Origin: Bacteroidota bacterium
GTDB taxonomy: Bacteria > Bacteroidota > Bacteroidia > UKL13-3
NCBI GenBank assembly: GCA_947507965.1
Contig: CANNQU010000004.1
Location: forward strand, 15,652-79,651
Reading direction: 5' to 3'
DNA length: 64,000 nt
A program made the position numbers and the translations under genes. Every line of letters begins with the position of its first letter. The first letter of the stretch is position 1. The notes below the pieces were generated by a model that worked only from the letters and a program-made list of their open reading frames with translations, had not been told where the DNA came from and made no database searches. This document shows positions 38,557 to 48,343 of the stretch, one piece after another.

Positions 38557-39696
38557 CTATTTTAGTATGCTTCTACCTATTACAATTCGTTGAACCTCGC
38601 TAGTGCCTTCATAAATCTGAGTTATCTTCGCATCTCTCATTAATCGTTCCACGTGATATTCTTTTACATATCCATACCCTCCATGTATTTGCACCGCTTC
38701 AGTAGTTGTTTTCATTGCTACTTCACTAGCAAAAACTTTAGCCATACTGCTTGCAATTGCATAATCTTCGTGTTGGTCTTTTAAATAGGCTGCCTTCATA
38801 ATTAGCAGCCTTGCAGCTTCAATTTCGGTTGCCATATCAGCAAGTTTAAATTGTATTGCCTGATGATTCATTATCTCAGTGCCAAAAGCTTTTCGTTCTT
38901 TTGCATATTTTAGTGATAACTCATACGCTCCACTAGCAATACCCAAAGCCTGTGCGGCGATGCCTATACGCCCACCGGCTAATACTTTCATCGCAAATTT
39001 AAAACCGAAGCCATCTTCTCCAATTCTGTTTTCCTTAGGTACCTTCACATCCTGAAACATGATACTATGCGTGTCGCTGCCCCGAATCCCCATTTTGTTT
39101 TCTTTATTACCAATGGTAATACCAGGAGATGCCTTTTCTACTATGAACGCGTTAATTCCTTTATGTCCTTTTTCAATATCTGTTTGTGCAATTACCAGAT
39201 AATAGGTTGCACTACTTCCATTCGTAATCCAATTTTTTGTGCCATTCATTAAATAGAATTCACCTTTGTCTTCTGCCGTAGTGCGTTGAGAGGTTGCATC
39301 ACTTCCCGCTTCAGGTTCGCTTAATAAAAACGCCCCATGCACTATGCCAGAAGCTAGTGGGATAAGGTACTTTTGTTTTTGTTCCTCACTGCCATATGTT
39401 TCCAAGCCCCAGCACACTAATGAATTATTCACAGAAACTACCACTGAGGCAGAAGCATCAATCTTACTAAGTTCCTCCATAGCTAAAACATAACTGACGG
39501 TATCCATTCCTGCACCACCATATTTCGGATCTACCATGATTCCAAGAAATCCGAGTTCACCTAATTGCCTAATTTGCTCTGTTGGGAACTTCTGAAGTTC
39601 ATCTCGTTCAATTACTCCAGGTAAAAGTTCTTTTTGTGCAAATTCGCGGGCTGCCTGTTGAATGGCTTGCTGTTCTTCTGTTAGTTGAAAATCCAT
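38557..39696 (-). CDS. Acyl-CoA dehydrogenase (short/branched-chain type)
   Basis: LSEPEAGSDA, NGTKNWITNG, KMGIRGS, QIHGGYGY, QIYEGTSE. Confidence 0.95.
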   Translation of the reverse strand: MDFQLTEEQQAIQQAAREFAQKELLPGVIERDELQKFPTEQIRQLGELGFLGIMVDPKYGGAGMDTVSYVLAMEELSKIDASASVVVSVNNSLVCWGLETYGSEEQKQKYLIPLASGIVHGAFLLSEPEAGSDATSQRTTAEDKGEFYLMNGTKNWITNGSSATYYLVIAQTDIEKGHKGINAFIVEKASPGITIGNKENKMGIRGSDTHSIMFQDVKVPKENRIGEDGFGFKFAMKVLAGGRIGIAAQALGIASGAYELSLKYAKERKAFGTEIMNHQAIQFKLADMATEIEAARLLIMKAAYLKDQHEDYAIASSMAKVFASEVAMKTTTEAVQIHGGYGYVKEYHVERLMRDAKITQIYEGTSEVQRIVIGRSILK

Positions 39697-39768
39697 GGTA
39701 TGTTTGTTTAATTCTAGATTGCAAAAGTACTTTTATTGCCTTAGACAAGCAAACAGATATTCAATTTC

Positions 39769-40851
39769 TCAAAACTTCCGTTTTAGTTTTAAAAAGAAGC
39801 TTTCAAAACAATGAAACGATACTGAAGCCAAACCAATCGTAATGGTCACATCCAAAAGAAGCAAAGCATAAACATTTATTTCCGGCAGTGTTTGGTAGAA
39901 AAACACGATGGGAAATAAATGATACATATAAATTCCATAAGAAATCTTTCCTAGATACTCTAAAACTGGGTGCGAAAGACGGATTAAAGATTTTTTATTG
40001 AGGGCAAGATTGAGTATAATTACGACCAAAAATAAAGAGAACAACTCATTATTAAACGTCTCAATATAAACGATTTTTAGAATACTCAATATCGCTAATA
40101 GATAAAAAGCAAGCTGAATAGGTAGATTTAGAACCCATTTATGAACTTGGCTTGGGTATTTTAAGTAAAGTATGGCTGCTATTGAACCTAAAGCAAGGCA
40201 GGTTAACCGCAAATCAGCTAAAAAAAGAATCAGTACTCCCAACATCTTATGGTGTGAATCGTTGTGTATAAAACCGTTCCCTAAAAACAAGAAGACTGCA
40301 GCAAAAATTATAAAAGTAGTTAATATGTATTTCGTAAATTTTAAAATCAACGGAGTAATCAAATAAAAAATTTCTTCCACGCCAATAGACCAAGTCATTG
40401 TTGCAAATGGAATATGACCAAATAATTGCATTGCAAAGGCAGGGAGTATTAAAGCGAATACTAGCAAACTATCCCAGAAATGATCTTTATTTATTTCAAT
40501 GCCAGGCATTTTGAGTAGGTCAAAATACGGAACCACAAAGAAGCACAAGCCGATAATTAAAAAATAAAGTGGCCAGATGCGTAAAATTCTCCTGACATAA
40601 AAATTTTTTAGCGAGATGTTTAATGTTTCTCTTTTCTCCTGAAGTAGCAAGGTAGTAATCAGAAATCCACTCAACACAAAAAAAATTACGACTCCAGCAT
40701 TACCAAGGCCACTTATGATAGGACTTTCCAACGTATTACTCAAACCTAGGCTAAACCGAATCTGATGAAAATGACTCACAATAACCATAAAGGCAGCAAC
40801 AAACCTTAGTCCGTTTAAGTTGGGAAAATGAAGTTTATTAGAAGTCATCAA
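39769..40851 (-). CDS. Acyltransferase-3 family O-acyltransferase
   Basis: LNGLRFVAA, FFVLSGFLIT, RRILRIWP, WSIGVEE.FY, GKISYGIYMYH. Confidence 0.92.
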   Translation of the reverse strand: MMTSNKLHFPNLNGLRFVAAFMVIVSHFHQIRFSLGLSNTLESPIISGLGNAGVVIFFVLSGFLITTLLLQEKRETLNISLKNFYVRRILRIWPLYFLIIGLCFFVVPYFDLLKMPGIEINKDHFWDSLLVFALILPAFAMQLFGHIPFATMTWSIGVEEIFYLITPLILKFTKYILTTFIIFAAVFLFLGNGFIHNDSHHKMLGVLILFLADLRLTCLALGSIAAILYLKYPSQVHKWVLNLPIQLAFYLLAILSILKIVYIETFNNELFSLFLVVIILNLALNKKSLIRLSHPVLEYLGKISYGIYMYHLFPIVFFYQTLPEINVYALLLLDVTITIGLASVSFHCFESFFLKLKRKF

Positions 40852-40859
40852 AAAGAATG

Positions 40860-43082
40860 CTAGTTGGCCATTACTTTTTCAATAGATGTCTGATGAACCT
40901 CTTTTAACGTGCTAATGGAGCCAAAGTTATCCCCATTTATCAAAGCATTTTTGCCTTGCACTTTTCCAAGAATGGTGTGTGGAGTATTTTGTAATTGTTC
41001 TATTACCGCCTCCACATTATTGGGTTTGATACTTAAAACAATACGACTCTGGCTTTCACCAAATAAGGAGGCATCCACGCGAAACTCATCATGAAGGGTA
41101 ACTTCAAAGCCGAAATCATTTACAAATGCACTTTCGCAGAGTGTCACAAATAAACCACCTTCACTAACATCATGTGCACTTGAAATCAAATTACTTTTTA
41201 TACAACTTAAAACGACTCTTTGAATTTCAAATTCTTCGTCTAAATTAAAATAAGGAGCCGGTGAAAATTTAACCTTATGAAAATACGTTAAATAATGAGA
41301 GGATGCTATGTCGTCTTGAGTCTTTCCGACGAGAACAATAATATCTCCTTCTTGCTGAAACCCCAGTGGGTTATGACTTCTTCCATCCTCAATAATACCT
41401 ACCATACCAATAGTTGGGGTTGGAAAAACCGCATCATTATCGCTACTTTGATTATAAAAACTAACATTCCCCCCCGTTACTGGGGTGTTTAATTTTAGGC
41501 AGGCTTTGCTTATTCCTTTAATTGCGTGTACAAACTGGTAATATACCTCTGGATTATAAGGATTACCGAAGTTTAAGCAATTCGTTATCGCGGCTGGTTC
41601 ACCTCCAGAGCAGACAATATTTCTTGCACACTCAGCTACAGCAATCATCCCCCCGACTTCAGGGTCCGCAAACACAAATCGGCTGTTACAATCCACACTC
41701 ATGGCCAAAGATTTGTTTGTGTTGCGTACTTTTACTACGGCTGCATCAGCTGGTTGGTTCGTTGTTTGAGTAATACTCCCCACCATGCTGTCATATTGAT
41801 TATAGATCCAGCGTTTGCTAGCAATATTAGGATGTTGAAGCAAAAACACTCCCACTGCCTTAAGATCAGATGGAACAAGAATCTTGGAAGCATCAAACAT
41901 TCTAATTTGGTCAAAATACTTTGGTGCTGTGTATTCACGATGATAAATTGGCGCTCCACCGCCGAGCACTAAACTATGCGCGGGTACATCAGCAACGAGC
42001 TCCTCTTTAAAGTAATAAATTAAACGGTTTCCGGCTGTTACTTCACCAATTTCCGCATACGAAATATCCCATTTCAGTAAAATATTTTCTACTTCCGCCT
42101 CCCTTCCTTTTTTTATCACCATGAGCATGCGTTCTTGGCTTTCACTTAATAAAATTTCGAACGGCACCATTCCTTTCTGACGCATAGGAACTTTATCAAG
42201 ATGAATAATCATTCCATGCTTCCCTTTTGCACTCATCTCACTGGTACTACATGTAATGCCAGCGGCACCCATGTCTTGTATGCCGATGGTAGCCCCTGTT
42301 TCAATTATCTCAAGAGTTGCCTCTAATAATAACTTCTCTGCAAATGGGTCGCCTACTTGCACACTTGGTAAATCCTTTGCACTATCTTCGGTAATATCTT
42401 TAGATGCAAAGGAAGCACCATGAATTCCATCCTTTCCTGTTGCAGAACCTATGATGTAAACAGGATTACCAACGCCATACGATGTGGCACTAGCCGTCTT
42501 TCCTACTTGTGCTATCCCTACACTCATTGCATTTACTAAAGGATTTACGTGGTAACACTCATCAAAATAAACTTCACCGCCAACCGTAGGAATACCAAAT
42601 GCATTACCATAGTCGCCAATTCCTTTAACAACACCCTTAACGAGCCACCTTGTTTTCTCTTCCGTTAGATTTCCAAATCGCAATGAATTTAGTTGAGCAA
42701 TTGGCCTGGCACCCATTGTAAAAATATCTCGATTAATACCGCCAACGCCTGTGGCTGCCCCTTGATAGGGTTCGATGGCACTTGGGTGATTATGAGATTC
42801 TATTTTAAAACAAACGGCCAACCCATCACCGATATCTATAAGTCCCGCATTTTCCTCGCCTGCTTCAGCAAGCATTTTTTCTCCTTTTTTCGGAAGTGTT
42901 TTAAGCCAGACAATGCTGTTTTTGTAACTACAATGCTCGCTCCACATCACACTATAAATACTAAGTTCAGTAAAATTGGGGGTACGCCCGAGGATTTCCT
43001 TTATTTCGTCGAATTCATCAGCCCGTAAGCCCAATTGCTGAGCTTGTTCTAAAGTTGCTATTTGTATAGAAGTTGAAGACAT
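40860..43082 (-). CDS. purL: FGAM synthase subunit PurL (small type)
   Basis: MWSEHCSYK, KIESHNHPS, QDMGAAG, LSESQERM, AHDVSEGG. Confidence 0.97.
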   Translation of the reverse strand: MSSTSIQIATLEQAQQLGLRADEFDEIKEILGRTPNFTELSIYSVMWSEHCSYKNSIVWLKTLPKKGEKMLAEAGEENAGLIDIGDGLAVCFKIESHNHPSAIEPYQGAATGVGGINRDIFTMGARPIAQLNSLRFGNLTEEKTRWLVKGVVKGIGDYGNAFGIPTVGGEVYFDECYHVNPLVNAMSVGIAQVGKTASATSYGVGNPVYIIGSATGKDGIHGASFASKDITEDSAKDLPSVQVGDPFAEKLLLEATLEIIETGATIGIQDMGAAGITCSTSEMSAKGKHGMIIHLDKVPMRQKGMVPFEILLSESQERMLMVIKKGREAEVENILLKWDISYAEIGEVTAGNRLIYYFKEELVADVPAHSLVLGGGAPIYHREYTAPKYFDQIRMFDASKILVPSDLKAVGVFLLQHPNIASKRWIYNQYDSMVGSITQTTNQPADAAVVKVRNTNKSLAMSVDCNSRFVFADPEVGGMIAVAECARNIVCSGGEPAAITNCLNFGNPYNPEVYYQFVHAIKGISKACLKLNTPVTGGNVSFYNQSSDNDAVFPTPTIGMVGIIEDGRSHNPLGFQQEGDIIVLVGKTQDDIASSHYLTYFHKVKFSPAPYFNLDEEFEIQRVVLSCIKSNLISSAHDVSEGGLFVTLCESAFVNDFGFEVTLHDEFRVDASLFGESQSRIVLSIKPNNVEAVIEQLQNTPHTILGKVQGKNALINGDNFGSISTLKEVHQTSIEKVMAN

Positions 43083-43228
43083 GGCGCAAAGTTAACATTT
43101 TTGAAAACAATGATAATCATCTGTTTGAGAAAGGAAGAAACGAATTATGAAACTGATCGAAGTATTTATGCACCTAACCCCTAACTTTTAAATCTATCAA
43201 ATAATCCAAGATTAAAGCTATTGCATCA

Positions 43229-43292
43229 TTTCCGAAATAGGGGTGGCTCAGTTGAAACCTAAAAAGTGGTTCAGTTGATTCCGAAATATCTA
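43229..43292 (+). mobile_element. IS21-like end remnant with subterminal repeats
   Basis: TCCGAAATAGGG-GTGGCTCAGTTGAAACCTAAA-AA-GTGGTTCAGTTGATTCCGAAATATCTA, tandem imperfect repeats as at IS21 ends; no istA/istB in the window. Confidence 0.6.
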
Positions 43293-43403
43293 GTATAGGT
43301 TAAGGAAAATAAAATTTTTGGGAAACACCAGTAATATTTACATTGATGGGCGAGCTAAATAAAATTAACTACTTTTGTTGATTAATAGCGTAAAACACCC
43401 AAA

Positions 43404-44123
43404 ATGATAATACCAAAGTACAGTAAAATACCCGCAAAAATTAAGGGTCTGTTGTTCTATTTCAGAATTCACTTGTTTTTACATTTCTTCTCAAAAACAT
43501 TTTACTTTCTAGCTAATATATCTCTCTTATCAAAATGGATTTCAGATAATAGAAATAAAGGGTTTAGTACGTATTATAGATTCAACTTTAATTATAATGC
43601 CCGGCTGCAATTATATGATAATATTATTAAATCGGAAAAGCTTTCCAATATTAACTATTTAGAATTTGGGGTGTTTGACGGCGGTTCATTCCTTTGGTGG
43701 GCTGATGCTATTAAAAATAGCAGTTCTAACTTCTATGGTTTCGATACTTTTGAAGGATTGCCGGAAAATTGGGGAGCATTTAAGGCAGGTGAAATGGAAA
43801 GCGGAATTCCAAAGACAGATGACACACGCTGCATTTTTGTTAAAGGGCTATTTCAGCATACTCTACCCTATTTCCTAAAATCATTTGACAATTCAAAGCA
43901 AATGGTTATTCACATGGACGCAGACTTATTTTCCTCTACACTATTTGTTTTAACCTCAATTGCACCATTTCTAAAAAAGGACGATATTATAATGTTTGAT
44001 GAATTTAATGTACCCAACCATGAATTTTTTGCGTTTGATATTTTTATTAAATCTTATTATATAAAATATGAAGTACTTGGTGGCGTTAACAATTACTATC
44101 AAATGGCCATAAAAATTATTTAG
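43404..44123 (+). CDS. TylF/MycF/NovP-like SAM-dependent O-methyltransferase
   Basis: YLEFGV..G.S, GFDTFEGLPE, KGLF..TLP, HMDADL..ST, IMFDE. Confidence 0.85.
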   Translation: MIIPKYSKIPAKIKGLLFYFRIHLFLHFFSKTFYFLANISLLSKWISDNRNKGFSTYYRFNFNYNARLQLYDNIIKSEKLSNINYLEFGVFDGGSFLWWADAIKNSSSNFYGFDTFEGLPENWGAFKAGEMESGIPKTDDTRCIFVKGLFQHTLPYFLKSFDNSKQMVIHMDADLFSSTLFVLTSIAPFLKKDDIIMFDEFNVPNHEFFAFDIFIKSYYIKYEVLGGVNNYYQMAIKII

Positions 44124-44292
44124 ATACTTTATCTACTACAAAAGAGTTTTAAGCTTTATCATCTTCTGGTTGTGTTTTTCTTATTTCAAAAAGTTACATC
44201 GATTTCTTAAATTTGCAATATGAACTTTTCTTATTTCTTATCTTTCGATACACAAATATTATATTTTTGGGGAGTCTTAATAGATTAATTGA

Positions 44293-47271
44293 ATGACGAA
44301 GCAAACCACGTTATTTCTACTTCTTTTTTTGCCTTTAAGTTTAATATATGGACAAAACCAATTTACACTAAAGCCTCTACCATCACAACCCCAAATTAAT
44401 GATGATTATGTGAGAAAAATATTTTCTGACACTTCAGGAATTATATGGATGCGAACATTTAGTAGGATTCTAAGATTTAATGGTAGTGTGGTAGAGAATT
44501 TCGATAATATAATTCCAAAAGATTTCGGATTAAGGGATGCGTATATGCTACCAGGAAGAATTTTATTAAATTATAATGATACAGAATTAAGAATATTTGA
44601 CATTCAAAAATTAACATTAACAAACATTATTACCCCAGAAGAGCTAGGCCCAATTAGCAATATTTATTACCTTGACGAAAATCATATCTATATTTCAAAT
44701 AAGACTCAACGAAAAGTGCAGGTTTGTAAACTTCTTGGAAGTGTTTTGGTTTCTTATGTTCAACATTCCAACATCGAAGTGGACAATTTAGTGCCAATTA
44801 ATGATTCGCTTTTTCTTTTTTGCTTTAAGATGAATTGCTTTTTATTTAATTCTTCCACAAAAGCTATCAGTTTATTTCAGGAAGGATTAGTGGTTGAGGA
44901 TTATATTATTAGAGATTCCATAATTTCAATTCTTTCTTCAAGGAACTTTCGAAATTATGACTTTAAGAACAATAAATTTATTAGCGATTTGTCTATACCC
45001 AATAATGAAGACGGTCATTATGTTTCCTTTTCTGACAGTAAATTATGGTTGTTTACAAATGCCGGTATTTATGTGTATGATCGTTCCAATAATTTGTTTA
45101 ATTTTTGTGATTTTATATTAGGGGATGCAAATTATCCATTTAAAAAACAATCGTATGATATTTATTTTATTAGAGATGGAAATTATTATCTTCTCACGAA
45201 TTATTCAGGGTTATATAAAGTAATTAAGAATTCATCACCTGCATTTCATTATTACAATTTGAAAAGCAACTTTAAGGACAATAATGAAGTCTCTTTAAGA
45301 TGTATTTATTATAATCGATCAGCATCAACAATATATACAAGTGTTGACTCTAGAGGTTTATTTACGTTTAAACTTAGAGGCGATTTTATTTCTCTCCTTT
45401 CCTCAATACCTACCGACAAGATTTCGCAGAGCCAAACTTCAGATTTAAATAAAATCTTTATGGATGATTTTAATCGAATTTGGTTTTGTGGTAATTATGG
45501 ATTAAAAATAGATAAATTGAGTATTGGGAATGAGTCAAAATTAATGAGGATTTGGGATGTCTCTTGTCAAAAAAAACAGTACTGGACAATTACAAACAGG
45601 GTTTTTTCTTCTTTTCTAATACTACTTGATGAAAAAGGAGTGCAATTAAAGACATTTGAATTTTTTAATGGAAGCAATTCACCAAATCAACTTTGGGATA
45701 TAGAACCATACGGCCATTATTTGTTTATTTCCTCGGTAAAGGGTTTAATTACGTTTGATATTGATTTAGGACAATTTGTTAGTACCAACTTAATTCTAAA
45801 AACGAATATAAATTTAAAAGGGAGGGCTTGGTCTTGTAAGGTAATGTCTAATAATATTTATATTGCATTTCAAGATATTGGAATAATTAAAATAAACTTG
45901 AAAACCGGAGAATCGTCCAACCCTCTACCGGGAATTGAGAAGGCCTTTCAAATTGAAGCGGTCGATGGAAATAGTATTTGGATAAATGCCCTCGATAAAC
46001 TAATATATTTAAATGAAAATGGCACACACTTTATATTAAATACAAATAATTTCGGACTTCCTTCAGCGGTTTCTTTTCATGGTATATTTTCTGATAGTAC
46101 TGGAAATTTATGGGTTTGCGGAAAGGATGGTTTTGCAAAAGTAGATATTATTGAATTATTTAAGCACATTAATTCGACAATATCTAGGACATCCATCTGC
46201 GGTTTTTCCGTAAACAACAAAATGACGTATGGTTATCTTTCCAATAAATCCAGTATTATTCTTCCTTATGATAGCAATATAATAAGCATTGATCTTGCCA
46301 ATAACTTGCTTGATAAGGCAAGTGATTTGAAAATGAGATACAAATTAAACGGGTTTGACATCGCCTTTACTGAAGTGGAAAATACGAATAATATAACCTA
46401 TAGGAATTTACCATATGGGAATTATTCGCTCGATATTTTTATGTGTAATAGTTTTGGAATATGGGATGAGACATCAACGCAGTTGTTTATAAAAATTCGC
46501 CCACCTTGGTATTATAGTCCGGTTGCAAAAATAACATATATGTTGATTTTTGCAGGTATTCTGGTAGGGTTTTACTTTTTATTTATGCGCCGTACTGAAA
46601 TTCAAAAAAAGCACGAACGCTTACTAATAGAAAGCGAATTAAAAGGAATTCGTGCCCAGTTAAATCCGCATTTTTTATTCAACTCTTTAAATTCAATTCA
46701 AAGCCATATTCTTAACCGTAGCGCTGAGGTTGCAACAACTTATTTGAACCAATTTGCAAAGTTGTTGCGTCGAGTACTCGACTACTCTACAGCTGAAAGT
46801 ATCCCATTTTGCAAGGAAATTGATTGGATTAAAGACTACTTTGAACTTGAATCGGTACGTTTTAAGGATAAATTTCAATGGAATGTCGTTTGGAGTGATG
46901 AGATTGATGTAAATCTGCACATTCCCGCATTAGTAATACAACCCATTATTGAGAACGCTATTATTCATGGGTTGTCTCCGCTAAAAAAACAAGGATGTAT
47001 CGATGTCTCTTATATACTAAATGAAGATAAAAAAAGCATCACCTGCCGGGTGGAAGACAATGGCGTTGGTAGAACTACATTTCGTAATCCGTTGACATCT
47101 CATAGTTCAAAGGGAACGCTTATGACGCAACTAAGATTGTATTATTTGAGTAAAAAATACCATACGGAGTGCACTCTGGAGATTACCGATCTAAAAAATT
47201 TAAGTGGCGAGCCAACAGGCACTTTAGTTGTTGTTATACTTCCTCTAATTAATTCATCTTCTGCTATTTAA
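44293..47271 (+). CDS. LytS-type histidine kinase with periplasmic beta-propeller and Y_Y_Y domain
   Basis: D..G.IW propeller repeats; YKLNGFD...ITYRNLPYGNY; PPWY then TM; RAQLNPHFLFNSLNSI; ENAIIHG; EDNGVG. Confidence 0.9.
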   Translation: MTKQTTLFLLLFLPLSLIYGQNQFTLKPLPSQPQINDDYVRKIFSDTSGIIWMRTFSRILRFNGSVVENFDNIIPKDFGLRDAYMLPGRILLNYNDTELRIFDIQKLTLTNIITPEELGPISNIYYLDENHIYISNKTQRKVQVCKLLGSVLVSYVQHSNIEVDNLVPINDSLFLFCFKMNCFLFNSSTKAISLFQEGLVVEDYIIRDSIISILSSRNFRNYDFKNNKFISDLSIPNNEDGHYVSFSDSKLWLFTNAGIYVYDRSNNLFNFCDFILGDANYPFKKQSYDIYFIRDGNYYLLTNYSGLYKVIKNSSPAFHYYNLKSNFKDNNEVSLRCIYYNRSASTIYTSVDSRGLFTFKLRGDFISLLSSIPTDKISQSQTSDLNKIFMDDFNRIWFCGNYGLKIDKLSIGNESKLMRIWDVSCQKKQYWTITNRVFSSFLILLDEKGVQLKTFEFFNGSNSPNQLWDIEPYGHYLFISSVKGLITFDIDLGQFVSTNLILKTNINLKGRAWSCKVMSNNIYIAFQDIGIIKINLKTGESSNPLPGIEKAFQIEAVDGNSIWINALDKLIYLNENGTHFILNTNNFGLPSAVSFHGIFSDSTGNLWVCGKDGFAKVDIIELFKHINSTISRTSICGFSVNNKMTYGYLSNKSSIILPYDSNIISIDLANNLLDKASDLKMRYKLNGFDIAFTEVENTNNITYRNLPYGNYSLDIFMCNSFGIWDETSTQLFIKIRPPWYYSPVAKITYMLIFAGILVGFYFLFMRRTEIQKKHERLLIESELKGIRAQLNPHFLFNSLNSIQSHILNRSAEVATTYLNQFAKLLRRVLDYSTAESIPFCKEIDWIKDYFELESVRFKDKFQWNVVWSDEIDVNLHIPALVIQPIIENAIIHGLSPLKKQGCIDVSYILNEDKKSITCRVEDNGVGRTTFRNPLTSHSSKGTLMTQLRLYYLSKKYHTECTLEITDLKNLSGEPTGTLVVVILPLINSSSAI

Positions 47272-47354
47272 AAATAAGTTGTATTATTACAAACTTTTAA
47301 GCGGAAACTATAAAAAAAGTATGAAGTATTAACTCCCTGCACAATAAATGTATT

Positions 47355-48089
47355 ATGTCAAATAAAAAGCTAAAAGCCATTATTATTGATGATGAGATTT
47401 TAAACGTTGAAGCGCTAGATAAAATTTTATCGATAAACTGCAAAGATGTATTAGTGGTTGCCCGTTGTGTTAATCCTGTGGAAGCTGTTGATATCGTGTT
47501 GCAGTTGGAGCCAGATATTGTCTTTCTGGATATCAATATGCCCGAATTAAATGGTTTTGATTTTTTAAACCAATTTAAAGAAATTTCGTTTAAAACGGTA
47601 TTTACTACCGCATATGGGGAATATGCTTTGAAAGCTATTAAATATGCTGCTTTCGATTTTATTCTAAAGCCAATTAATTCTGAGGAGGTCGTTGACGCTG
47701 TAAATAAGGTGAGGGCCTCCTCATTGATCCAAAAAGCAACCTCAATAGTTCAAAACAACCAAAACACCACCAACTTGGCACTGCCTACCTCTGAAGGTTT
47801 CTCCTTCATTGACATCAATGAAATTATTTACTGTAAAAGCGATAATAGTTACACTGATTTTGTGTTGAAAGATGGTAAAAGAATTGTGGTCAGTCGTGGA
47901 TTAAAGGATACAGAAGGAATCTTGGAAAAACACAGTTTTTTCAGAATCCATCAATCCTATCTAGTGAATTCAAAATGTATTAAAAAATTCAACAAACACA
48001 ATAGCTCACTTTTGGTGAGTAATGGAGAAGAAATACCTGTTTCTGTGAGAAGGAAAGATGATTTCCTACAATTCGTGGCAAAATTATAG
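47355..48089 (+). CDS. LytTR family response regulator
   Basis: IIDDE, FLDINMP, TTAY, ILKP; FFRIHQSYLVN. Confidence 0.95.
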   Translation: MSNKKLKAIIIDDEILNVEALDKILSINCKDVLVVARCVNPVEAVDIVLQLEPDIVFLDINMPELNGFDFLNQFKEISFKTVFTTAYGEYALKAIKYAAFDFILKPINSEEVVDAVNKVRASSLIQKATSIVQNNQNTTNLALPTSEGFSFIDINEIIYCKSDNSYTDFVLKDGKRIVVSRGLKDTEGILEKHSFFRIHQSYLVNSKCIKKFNKHNSSLLVSNGEEIPVSVRRKDDFLQFVAKL

Positions 48090-48246
48090 TATTGAAGAAA
48101 GCAAATTCAAGCCCGGGATCATCGAATTTACCACCGAATACCACGAATACAAATTGCCTGCCCTATCGTATTGTTGGAACACCTTATTTTGTAGGTAATA
48201 AATCACTGCACTTTAGTGAATAAATACTTATTGAAATCAAACCATT

Positions 48247-48278
48247 AACCCCGGTAATGACTTACCGGGGTTTTTATT
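48247..48278 (+). terminator. Intrinsic terminator
   Basis: CCCCGGTAA-TGAC-TTACCGGGG followed by TTTTTATT. Confidence 0.85.
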
Positions 48279-48343
48279 CGCCCGCTTTTTAGGATAGGTT
48301 CAGTACTTGAGTATTCGAGAGATGAACTACGGTGTATAATTTT

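Noticed and set aside
43110-43185. LRKEETNYETDRSIYAPNP-stop as a possible istB 3' end
   Set aside because: The position fits, but the similarity is only about three residues.
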